A DNA stretch of 64,000 nucleotides. Source: Patescibacteria group bacterium. Lineage in GTDB: Bacteria > Patescibacteriota > Patescibacteriia > UBA9934 > GWF2-40-263. Below, piece after piece: positions 9,723-17,318 of the stretch; the stretch's first letter is position 1; each line of letters begins with the position of its first letter. The notes under the pieces are model-generated. The model was given only the letters and a program-made list of their open reading frames with translations. It made no database searches and had not been told where the DNA came from. The DNA is taken from positions 353,181 through 417,180 of the forward strand of contig SCUM01000001.1 of the NCBI GenBank assembly GCA_004297215.1, written 5' to 3'. A program made the translations under genes and the position numbers.

Positions 9723-10499
9723 GTGACCGACACGTCAAAACTCGAGACCAGCAAGCCGGCCTCTGACCTCATCCATGGCCTCTTCACCCCTCTCGCGCGC
9801 AAGCTCGAGATGGTGAGGAACTATCCCGGGGTGACCCAGGAGATGATCGCGGAGGCGCTCGATGAGGCGAATGTCTCTGGACTCCTCGGCCGCTACGAAG
9901 CCGAGAGCCCAGAATATCCGCGGCTCGACGTGGTCGTTACGGTGTACAGGGAGAGCGTCCTGGCAACGTTCCTGTACGCGCGCGATCGGATGCGCGAAGC
10001 CTTCGGTGAAGGATTCTCCCAGTGGGAACATGCCTATGGAGAGGGTGTGGATGAAAACCGCATCCGACTCCTCGAAGGCGTCCCAGATCATCGCAACTGT
10101 GTTCGTATCGAGGTGCTAGACCTCCGCGATTGTTGTGAACCCCAAAAGCGCACTCTGCCCGAAAGAGATGGGTATATGCCTAGCGCGTTCCGTGTGCCGA
10201 GATCGGCCACCTTCGCACCCATCTACGCCGGGGCTCAAAGCCCGAGGTGGGTACGTCAGATGAGCACCGCCGACGACGACGTTCCTTGGGTTATTTGTGG
10301 TGGAATTGAGCTCAATGATCCTTGCCTCGATAAACTGTGGGGAGCCTTGCCGGGTGTCAGGCTCTTTGAGGGGAAAGCTGAACTCTTCGCCATGAAGTGT
10401 GACTGCTGGGTCTATCCCAACTGTGCCATGCCTTCCCTCTGGACACGAGAAACCGTGGGGACCCATCACAGGTATCAGTTTATCTATGGGAAAGGTTGA
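9723..10499 (+). CDS. Hypothetical protein (orphan, island-associated)
   Basis: A 258-aa ORF with GC3-biased codon usage and no motif I recognise. It is followed by a terminator hairpin. Confidence 0.45.
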   Translation: MTDTSKLETSKPASDLIHGLFTPLARKLEMVRNYPGVTQEMIAEALDEANVSGLLGRYEAESPEYPRLDVVVTVYRESVLATFLYARDRMREAFGEGFSQWEHAYGEGVDENRIRLLEGVPDHRNCVRIEVLDLRDCCEPQKRTLPERDGYMPSAFRVPRSATFAPIYAGAQSPRWVRQMSTADDDVPWVICGGIELNDPCLDKLWGALPGVRLFEGKAELFAMKCDCWVYPNCAMPSLWTRETVGTHHRYQFIYGKG

Positions 10500-10585
10500 T
10501 CTCTTCACCTACGAATGTGACCGCTGTCTCTATGACGGCCACGCTTTGCCTCCCCTCCGGGAGTGAGCGTTGGCACAGGGATGCT

Positions 10586-10639
10586 CGGAACTCGAAATCC
10601 TCGGTCTTCGGACCTTAGATCTCAGTTCCGGGCTTTTTT
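10586..10639 (+). terminator. Rho-independent terminator after the 9723-10499 gene
   Basis: cggaactc...gagttccg stem enclosing an inner hairpin, followed by ggcttttttac. Confidence 0.55.
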
Positions 10640-10645
10640 ACATAC

Positions 10646-10921
10646 TCAAAGATATATTTCGCGCCGATGTCCGATCTTTACGATCTCGATGCGTTTCGCT
10701 GATGCGTTCACGATGCCGATGAGACGGTAATCCCCGACCCGGAACCTGACGTCACCCGCGGCCGGCTCGCGCAGGCGCTTCGCGAACGCGGACGGATTCG
10801 ACTGTTTCCCGAGCCAGACGAGCTTGTGCACGATGCGGCGCGCGACGGCGTGGTCGAGACTCCGCAGGTCCTTCTCGGCCTGCGTGGTCAGGACCAGCTT
10901 AAATGCCATAGGCCTTGGCAA
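10646..10921 (-). CDS. RelE/ParE family type II toxin
   Basis: A 91-aa basic protein ...RFRVGDYRLIGIVNASAKRIEIVKIGHRREIY with the RelE/ParE fold signature. It overlaps the upstream antitoxin by 23 nt. Confidence 0.7.
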   Translation of the reverse strand: MPRPMAFKLVLTTQAEKDLRSLDHAVARRIVHKLVWLGKQSNPSAFAKRLREPAAGDVRFRVGDYRLIGIVNASAKRIEIVKIGHRREIYL

Positions 10922-11177
10922 GATCGGCGATGGAAACGATCTCTCCCTTCTTCAATCCTTGTCGCGCCTTCTTCACGCGTGCTCGCAACGTGCGGCTCGA
11001 CGCGGCTTCCAGGTCTTCGAGCAGCTCGTCCATCTCCGCACTGGAGAAGAAGAATCCGAGCGTGGTGCTCCCGCGCATCACGCGCGTGACGTCCCGAAGG
11101 GTCTTGGAAGGATTCTTCTGGACATCGCGGATCGAGGCGACGTGTTCCTTTGCCAACAGCTGGTAGACCTTTGCCAT
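10899..11177 (-). CDS. Type II antitoxin (Phd/YefM-like) partnered with the RelE/ParE toxin
   Basis: A 92-aa acidic protein (…ELLEDLEAASS…) immediately upstream of the toxin and overlapping it, the classic antitoxin-toxin operon arrangement. Confidence 0.5.
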   Translation of the reverse strand: MAKVYQLLAKEHVASIRDVQKNPSKTLRDVTRVMRGSTTLGFFFSSAEMDELLEDLEAASSRTLRARVKKARQGLKKGEIVSIADLAKAYGI

Positions 11178-11226
11178 ATCGTATGTAGATTATTACATAC
11201 TTTATATCGCGGCGCAGAACCGTCCG

Positions 11227-12243
11227 TCAAGCCCGTTTCAAGATCCTCACGACCCCCTTCTCCGCGTCCACTTCCACCTCATCGCCATCTTTCAGAACTT
11301 TCGTCGCGACCTTGGTGCCGATGATGCACGGCTTCTTGAGTTCACGCGATACGATGGCGGCGTGGCAGGTGATGCCGCCCTCATCGGTGACGAACGCGGC
11401 GGCACGGCGCATCGCTGGAAGGAAATCCGGGGTGGTCATCGTGGAAACGAGGATTTCCCCTTCTTGGACGGATGCTACTTGCTCACGCTTCTTCAAGACA
11501 CGGACCCTGCCGCTCACCTTCCCTTTCTGCGCGATCTGCCCTTTGAGCTCCCCGGCCATTTGCGCTTCCTTCGCAGGGTCGACCAAGACGATATCCGTAT
11601 GATCCTGCACGTACTCATGGAGGGAAATGGCCCCTTGCGGAATACCGTCGACGAACAGGTACTTCTCGCGCCGAGCGCGAAGGGTCGCCGGGTCGATACC
11701 AGCTGCAAGGTCTGCCATGGTGACGTACCAGGTGAGATCCTCGTTCCCCGGCAGCAAGGCCGCCAGCGTCTTTTGGATATAAATTTCAGCGTCCACGAAA
11801 AACGTGTCGCGGGCGCGCAACTCCAACGCCAGGTCACGAGCGGATTGGAGCGAATCCTCGCTGGTAATCACGTAAAACAGCGCGAGCCAATTTGCGAGAG
11901 CGACGCGCGTCTTTTGCAGCGTACCCTTGAATCCCGCGACGGTCGTCTCGGGTATTGCCCAAATCGACATCAGTTCGGACAATTGCCCTTGATACTCGGC
12001 GACCTTCGAGCGCACGAGTTCCAGGTCTTGTCCGTACGCGCGCCCCGCATTCGCGACGATCCAGGTATTCGCCTCCTTGCGTACCCAGATTTCAATGATG
12101 CCATCCGCGCAATCGATGAGCAGCGCCGGGCGCGGAACGGCCGTGTCCCCGAACTTCTCCGGGACATCCACCAAGAAAGTCTGCATCCAGACTTCCTGCA
12201 CGATTAAGGTTGATTGACGGCTATACAGCTTCTCGAAGGTCAT
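11227..12243 (-). CDS. PEP-synthase/rifampin-phosphotransferase-like protein with linker/central and phosphohistidine swivel domains but no ATP-grasp domain, paralog B
   Basis: MTFEKLYSRQ...GRVRVLKKREQVASVQEGEILVSTMTTPDFLPAMRRAAAFVTDEGGITCHAAIVSRELKKPCIIGTKVATKVLKDGDEVEVDAEKGVVRILKRA. The start was set to the ATG at 12241-12243, 32 nt downstream of the ATP-grasp gene stop. Confidence 0.7.
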   Translation of the reverse strand: MTFEKLYSRQSTLIVQEVWMQTFLVDVPEKFGDTAVPRPALLIDCADGIIEIWVRKEANTWIVANAGRAYGQDLELVRSKVAEYQGQLSELMSIWAIPETTVAGFKGTLQKTRVALANWLALFYVITSEDSLQSARDLALELRARDTFFVDAEIYIQKTLAALLPGNEDLTWYVTMADLAAGIDPATLRARREKYLFVDGIPQGAISLHEYVQDHTDIVLVDPAKEAQMAGELKGQIAQKGKVSGRVRVLKKREQVASVQEGEILVSTMTTPDFLPAMRRAAAFVTDEGGITCHAAIVSRELKKPCIIGTKVATKVLKDGDEVEVDAEKGVVRILKRA

Positions 12244-12275
12244 AATTCTACGTCCCTTCAGGCACGCTTCAATCC

Positions 12276-13223
12276 TCACGACCCGCTTAGCGTCGTGATC
12301 GGCCGGCTTTGGACGATGTAAAACGTCCCGCCCTCCATGGCCCATTCGATGTCGCACGGGAAACCGTAATGTGCCTCGATGCGCTGGCAGATTCCGCCGA
12401 TGTCGCGGATCTGATCGGGAGAGATCTTTTGCGCGTTTTTCTTTTCCGCTGGCACGGGGATCTTCTCATTCCCGCCGGTCGAGCGCACCATCATGAGTTC
12501 CTGCTCGGACACGTTCACGTCGATGAGCGACTTGTCGGTCTTGTCGACGACGTACGAATCCGGCGTCACCTGCCCGCCCACGATCATCTCCCCCAGGCCC
12601 CAAGCCGCCTCGATGATCATCTGGTTGCGGTCCTCCGTCACGGGGTGGACCGTGAAGGTGATGCCGGACACCTCGGACTGCACCATCTTCTGCACCACGA
12701 CGGCCACCGACACGTGCGTGTCCACCATCCCCTTTTCGTTGCGGTACACGATGGCGCGTGGGGTGAACAATGATGCCCAGCAGCGCTTCACGTTCACGAG
12801 CAGCGTCTCGTGCGTCGTGTTGAGGTAGCTCTCCAGCTCCCCGGCCCAGCTGGCGACGGAAGAGTCTTCGGCTGTGGCGGACGAACGGACCGCGACGAAC
12901 TCGGCACCGAGCGCGGCGAACGACGCCTCGATTTCTTTCCCGAGGTCCTCGGGAAACTTCGCGTCATGAATGAGGTCATGCAGCACGCGCGACGCACGGT
13001 CTACGGAAGCCACGTCCTCGTAGTTCACCTTGGCGAGCTGCGCCTTCACTTCCTGGGTCAGGTCCGTCTCCTCAAGAAACCGATCGAACGATTCCGCGAC
13101 GACGACAAATCCCGGCGGCACCGGGATGCCGGCTTTCGTCATCTCCCCAAGCGACGCCCCCTTGCCTCCCGCTTCGCCGACATTTTCCTTTCCGAGCTGT
13201 TCGAACGGTTTCACGAAAGGCAT
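12276..13223 (-). CDS. Stand-alone PPDK_N-type ATP-grasp nucleotide-binding domain protein (PEP synthase / pyruvate phosphate dikinase N-terminal domain)
   Basis: MPFVKPFEQLGKENVGEAGGKGASLGEMTKAGIPVPPGFVV...AVRSSATAEDSSVASWAGELESY...DIEWAMEGGTFYIVQSRPITTL. It ends where full-length PEP synthases continue into the central/His domains. Confidence 0.8.
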   Translation of the reverse strand: MPFVKPFEQLGKENVGEAGGKGASLGEMTKAGIPVPPGFVVVAESFDRFLEETDLTQEVKAQLAKVNYEDVASVDRASRVLHDLIHDAKFPEDLGKEIEASFAALGAEFVAVRSSATAEDSSVASWAGELESYLNTTHETLLVNVKRCWASLFTPRAIVYRNEKGMVDTHVSVAVVVQKMVQSEVSGITFTVHPVTEDRNQMIIEAAWGLGEMIVGGQVTPDSYVVDKTDKSLIDVNVSEQELMMVRSTGGNEKIPVPAEKKNAQKISPDQIRDIGGICQRIEAHYGFPCDIEWAMEGGTFYIVQSRPITTLSGS

Positions 13224-13227
13224 ATGA

Positions 13228-14670
13228 TCAGGCTCGTTTCAAGATTGTCACGATTCCCTTCTCCGCGTCCACCTCTACCTCATCGCCGTCCTTGAGCACC
13301 TTGGTCGCGATCTTCGTGCCGATGATGCAGGGTATTTTCAACTCCCGCGATAAGATTGCCGCATGGCAGGTGATGCCGCCTTCGTTGGTGACGATAGCGA
13401 CGCACTTACGGAGAAACTGCATGAAATCCGGCGAGGTCATGGAGATTGCCAGGACGAACGGCTCATCGGGTACTGCCTCCTTCGGATGCGCAACGACCCG
13501 CACGATTCCCCTTGCCTTCCCCCTGAACGCGACCTGTCCACGCACTTGATCATGTTTTCCCTCATCGGTTCTAACAGCATCGAAAATTTTTTTTGCGTTT
13601 TCACCGACCACGTAACTGCCCTTTTTCCCGTTTTCCCAATACACGAGCAAGCCACCGTCTCGCCTTGCACCAAGCAGGTCCTTGTACGTCTTGTCCTGCA
13701 GTTTCGCCAGCGTCAGTTCGCCAGCATACGAATATTTCAACGCGTCGTGGCTGACATCAAATTTTTCCGCCAACCCGCCTAGCGCCCAGTCGATTAACGC
13801 GAACAGCCGCTGTTCGTAAGCCATGCGCTCGTCGCGGTTGTACTGACAATACCCAAAGAGCGAGAAAATGTTCCGTTCCTGCGTGTTTGCGCCGAGCTTT
13901 TTCAAGATGGCCTGTTTGGCCTTCGCCAATACCTTCTGTTCCTTCGGGTTGAATTTCTGTGCAGCTTCGGCATCCCTCAGCACGTCCTCAGCCGAGTACT
14001 CGACGTACCCGTTGAAATTCGACTTGGCATACGCGAACGCGCGTGCCAACCGCTCGGCGGCCTTCCTTTTGTTGACGGCCCGGCGTATTTTTTTCGAAAT
14101 AACGATTTGCCGTTTTACCGTTTCGGAAATTTCCGAACTATGGAAAAGGGTTGAAAAATGTGCCTGCCGTTGATCCAGCGGGACACGCTTCTGCTCCAAC
14201 CACCAGTTCGTCCAGTCGGTCGCCATGTCCCCGATCATGGCTGCCAATGGCGAAACCGCCCAAATGTCTTCCAACACCCGCTGGCACTCGTGAACCAATT
14301 CGACCAATTGCTCTCCAGACAGCATGGAGAAGGCTTTGCCGCCGTATCGATGCCACAAGCGATCGGATTGCGCTTTGACCTTGTCCCAACGCCGAAGATA
14401 CATTCTGAAGTTTTTTCCCGACAAGAAATAATCCAGTACGGAATATCCGAACATGCGGACGTTCAGTTTGATGAAGGATGTCTCTCCCTGGTATAGCCAA
14501 TATCCATCCGCGAACAGGAGGGAAAAGCGGTAGTAACGCTCGATGTGCTGATCGGCCCATACCTTCATGTAAGGATCCAGAAACGCTGGCGTCCCCGGCC
14601 TCTGAGCGACGAGCCATGTCTTGGATTCGGGCAAAGGCGGATGCGGATAGGAAAATCGTACGGGATTCAT
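13228..14670 (-). CDS. PEP-synthase/rifampin-phosphotransferase-like protein with a roughly 390-aa central domain and a phosphohistidine swivel domain but no ATP-grasp domain, paralog C
   Basis: C-terminus ...VRGQVAFRGKARGIVRVVAHPKEAVPDEPFVLAISMTSPDFMQFLRKCVAIVTNEGGITCHAAILSRELKIPCIIGTKIATKVLKDGDEVEVDAEKGIVTILKRA. Its 3-prime roughly 170 nt are about 80% identical at DNA level to the 3-prime end of 11227-12243. Confidence 0.7.
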   Translation of the reverse strand: MNPVRFSYPHPPLPESKTWLVAQRPGTPAFLDPYMKVWADQHIERYYRFSLLFADGYWLYQGETSFIKLNVRMFGYSVLDYFLSGKNFRMYLRRWDKVKAQSDRLWHRYGGKAFSMLSGEQLVELVHECQRVLEDIWAVSPLAAMIGDMATDWTNWWLEQKRVPLDQRQAHFSTLFHSSEISETVKRQIVISKKIRRAVNKRKAAERLARAFAYAKSNFNGYVEYSAEDVLRDAEAAQKFNPKEQKVLAKAKQAILKKLGANTQERNIFSLFGYCQYNRDERMAYEQRLFALIDWALGGLAEKFDVSHDALKYSYAGELTLAKLQDKTYKDLLGARRDGGLLVYWENGKKGSYVVGENAKKIFDAVRTDEGKHDQVRGQVAFRGKARGIVRVVAHPKEAVPDEPFVLAISMTSPDFMQFLRKCVAIVTNEGGITCHAAILSRELKIPCIIGTKIATKVLKDGDEVEVDAEKGIVTILKRA

Positions 14671-15443
14671 ACACGCATATTCGCCTCTACGAGAGAGAGC
14701 GGGGCCGGTATTTCGTCCTCTCTGTCGTAATGCGTGCGGCCATTGAGCGCCACATCAAGCGCAACTAAGCTCGACATGTGGCCTACGCCGTAAAAGAAGA
14801 TGGGGAGTCCCTCATTCGCGTGCACGACCTCTTTTAATTTCAGCACCTCCTCACGCAACTGCGCTGCCCTCTTCTTCAAGATTGAGTCCTCACGAGCAAG
14901 ATCCTGATTGACCGCAGTAAAAAATAATTCCATCTCCCGTGCATGGCCTTTTCCTCCTCCCGCACTCGAGATATATTGGCTCAACTCCTTATCGTCTTCC
15001 TGGTCTTGCTGCGCGATCCGCTGCATGAGTTGCAACATGCCTGGAGCTTCTTTGGGCATGTCGGACGTTCCCGTCGTCCGGATTCCCATATCCGTCGTCG
15101 ACTCCCCTATCGTGTCCGTATAAATCTGCTTGGTCCCGCTTTCACGGATATGGTCTTCCAATGATTCTAGGATATATTCCGCTGTGAAACGCGTACGCGG
15201 ATAGTTCGTGGTCGAAAAAATCACGAGCGCGCGTTCGGGAAGCGATGAAAAAATATCTTGTGCAAGTGTTTCCATCTTCTCGAGACTGCGATAGGTAACC
15301 TCTGGATCAGAAATGTGCAGACGCTCGCAGATTTCCTTCCATCTCGCCTGCTGTTTGCCTGTTAAGCCGGACGCCTCAACGGTTGACCGTTCCTCCCCGG
15401 CTTTCATCTTTTCCCCGTGCCTGATAAGTGAGAATCTTTCCAT
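14667..15443 (-). CDS. Histidine phosphatase superfamily protein, paralog 2
   Basis: MERFSLIRHGEKMKAGEE...LTGKQQARWKEICERL is the RHG catalytic motif, and a second His motif is present (FFYGVGHMSSLVAL). Its stop forms an ATGA overlap with the start of the 13228-14670 gene. Confidence 0.65.
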   Translation of the reverse strand: MERFSLIRHGEKMKAGEERSTVEASGLTGKQQARWKEICERLHISDPEVTYRSLEKMETLAQDIFSSLPERALVIFSTTNYPRTRFTAEYILESLEDHIRESGTKQIYTDTIGESTTDMGIRTTGTSDMPKEAPGMLQLMQRIAQQDQEDDKELSQYISSAGGGKGHAREMELFFTAVNQDLAREDSILKKRAAQLREEVLKLKEVVHANEGLPIFFYGVGHMSSLVALDVALNGRTHYDREDEIPAPLSLVEANMRV

Positions 15444-15461
15444 ATAATCAAGGATGTTATC

Positions 15462-15492
15462 GAAAAACCGCCCTATTTACAAGGGCGGTTTG
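15462..15492 (-). terminator. Rho-independent terminator downstream of the 15508-16188 gene
   Basis: The minus strand reads aaaccgcccttgtaaatagggcggtttttcg. Confidence 0.6.
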
Positions 15493-15507
15493 GCCGTTGC
15501 GAGTATC

Positions 15508-16188
15508 TTACTTCTCGCTCGTGAGGTCCTTGCGGAGCTGCTCGAGCACGCGGTGCGCATGCTCCTTGCCGCCCAGGCCGAACGCGAGGCCGCCGGCGAG
15601 CGCGAGCATGGCCACCAGGCCCGTGAACAGCGTGTTGATGATGGCCGTCGCGATCTGCAGCTGCACCAGGGCGGCCATGAAGCTGAACACCACGATCGCC
15701 CACTTGGCGAGGCCGGCGAGGAAATCCGCCGAGGCGAGCTGGGCCGCTTCCACGGCGCTTTTCACCACCGAGCGGACGAAGTTGCCGAGCAGGATTCCGG
15801 CCAAGAGGATGACCACGGCGATGATGACGTTCGGGATGTAGATCACCACCTGCTTCAAGTAATCCGTGATCTGCTCCCAGCCGAGGATGTCGGTGGCCGC
15901 GATGAGGGACACGATGATGAAGAACCAGCGCACGATCCAGGCGAGCAGGCGGCCCACGTGCAGGCGCAGCCCGACGCGTTCGAGCGCGGCCTTGAGCTCA
16001 AGCTTGGACACGAGTTCGTCGAGCCGCAGCAGCTCCACCGCCTTAAGCACCACATGGCTTAGGATGGCGGCCACCACGAGGCCGGCCACGAACACGACCG
16101 CGGCCGCCAGGACGTTTGGCAACGCCAGGGTGATGTTCGTCCACACGCTTAGGAGGGTTTCTTGGAACACGTTGACCGTCGGGTTCAT
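15508..16188 (-). CDS. Integral membrane protein with conserved TM-helix repeats (MscS-associated TM_helix type)
   Basis: 226 aa with repeated hydrophobic helices bearing charged caps (…VVFVAGLVVAAILSHVVLKAVE… / …VVILLAGILLGNFVRSVVKSAVE…). Confidence 0.5.
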   Translation of the reverse strand: MNPTVNVFQETLLSVWTNITLALPNVLAAAVVFVAGLVVAAILSHVVLKAVELLRLDELVSKLELKAALERVGLRLHVGRLLAWIVRWFFIIVSLIAATDILGWEQITDYLKQVVIYIPNVIIAVVILLAGILLGNFVRSVVKSAVEAAQLASADFLAGLAKWAIVVFSFMAALVQLQIATAIINTLFTGLVAMLALAGGLAFGLGGKEHAHRVLEQLRKDLTSEK

Positions 16189-16204
16189 ACGTTGGGCTTA
16201 GGGA

Positions 16205-16636
16205 TTAGGAGTTTGATATATAGGGTATAACGTTTGAGGATTTGGGCAAGGTGATGTTGGGGGGTCGGTCATACACAGGGCTTACGAATCCAACACCCGG
16301 TGTTGGACGGTTGAACGCCCCTGAACCCATCAATTGTTCAAGGCTCTTTTTTTCCTCATTCGCGATGCCGAACACGGGAATGTTCCGCGCAAACGCGATC
16401 GCGTTCGCGATCGTCACGGACATGCGGCTTGCCGTGAAGGCCCCCGGACCCGTCACGACGCACACGCGGCCCGCATCCGCGAGATCGCACCCCCAGGAGG
16501 CCAGCGTCTCGTCGATGGCCGCGAGATACCGCTCCGGTTCGGCTTCCACTTCGGTCGTCCGTGCGAGCTTCCCGTCCTCCATCCATCCGATCGAAATGCG
16601 ACGGATATCCTGAGCAGAAATCACCAAAGACGTCAT
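16205..16636 (-). CDS. tsaB: tRNA threonylcarbamoyladenosine biosynthesis protein TsaB (YeaZ), minimal form with the N-domain only
   Basis: ...AGRVCVVTGPGAFTASRMSVTIANAIAFARNIPVFGI matches the TsaB GPGSFTGLRIG... core. It is only 143 aa. Confidence 0.7.
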   Translation of the reverse strand: MTSLVISAQDIRRISIGWMEDGKLARTTEVEAEPERYLAAIDETLASWGCDLADAGRVCVVTGPGAFTASRMSVTIANAIAFARNIPVFGIANEEKKSLEQLMGSGAFNRPTPGVGFVSPVYDRPPNITLPKSSNVIPYISNS

Positions 16637-17241
16637 ACGCCGAGCGTATTCACCATCACGATTTTCTCCCCGCCCAAGATGGACATGAGGAACCGGTCGG
16701 CGATCTGCCGGCGGTACAGGAACTCTTCCTTCGGGAGCAGCGTATAGTTCACTTCGTGGCCCAAATCCGCCTCGAACTGGCCGACGACGCGCTGGAGCTC
16801 GGAGGGATCGATGCCGCCGACGATGACGATGTCCGTGGGGACGTCGCTGCGGTCCACGAACCGCCCGGTGAGCGCGAAATACTCGATGCTCCCCTTCTTC
16901 TCCAACTCCTTCACGAGGATCTTCTTCAGGAGCACCTGCATCTTCTTGAACATCCCCCGCAGGTCCTCGAACAGGAGGAAGTCGGCGTTCACGATGTAGT
17001 ACTTCTTCTTCTCGGCGAGCGAGGCTCCCGGCTTGGGGATGGCGCCGACCTTCTCGACCACCAGGCCGAGCTCCACGAGGTTCTTGAGCTCCCGGCGCAC
17101 GGAATTGAGCTGGGCGTCGATCTTCCTGGTAAGCTCGCGGACGAAATAAGAGGTTTCCGGATTCATCAAGAACAGCCCGAGCAGGCGGGCGCGGGTCTTT
17201 GAGCCAAACAGCTGTTCAAGCTTGAACTCGTGCGAAGGCAC
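16633..17241 (-). CDS. Winged-helix transcriptional regulator-like protein; start uncertain
   Basis: The N-terminal segment LEQLFGSKTRARLLGLFLMNPETSYFVRELTRKIDAQLNSVRRELKNLVELGLV has the look of a winged-helix DNA-binding domain. The ORF-track GTG start at 17298 would overlap the -10 box of the divergent promoter, so the start is placed at the in-frame GTG at 17239-17241; this is uncertain. Confidence 0.45.
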   Translation of the reverse strand: MPSHEFKLEQLFGSKTRARLLGLFLMNPETSYFVRELTRKIDAQLNSVRRELKNLVELGLVVEKVGAIPKPGASLAEKKKYYIVNADFLLFEDLRGMFKKMQVLLKKILVKELEKKGSIEYFALTGRFVDRSDVPTDIVIVGGIDPSELQRVVGQFEADLGHEVNYTLLPKEEFLYRRQIADRFLMSILGGEKIVMVNTLGV

Positions 17242-17260
17242 AGGGAGGACGTTCGTTGCA

Positions 17261-17288
17261 TTGCGACAAGCTCCTTCTCGGGTATAAT
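17261..17288 (+). promoter_or_regulatory. Sigma-70-like promoter for the 17319-19463 gene
   Basis: TTGCGA at 17261-17266, a 16-nt spacer, a perfect TATAAT at 17283-17288, and the ATG 30 nt downstream. Confidence 0.45.
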
Positions 17289-17318
17289 CCTTGCACACCG
17301 CCTTGAATCGGGCAACCC

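Noticed and set aside
12244-12275. Programmed frameshift joining the ATP-grasp ORF to the downstream His-domain ORF
   Set aside because: The upstream ORF stops at 12276 and the downstream ATG is at 12243, with a 32-nt non-overlapping gap in between. There is no overlap window in which slippage could act. It is treated as two genes, or a sequencing-level question, instead.
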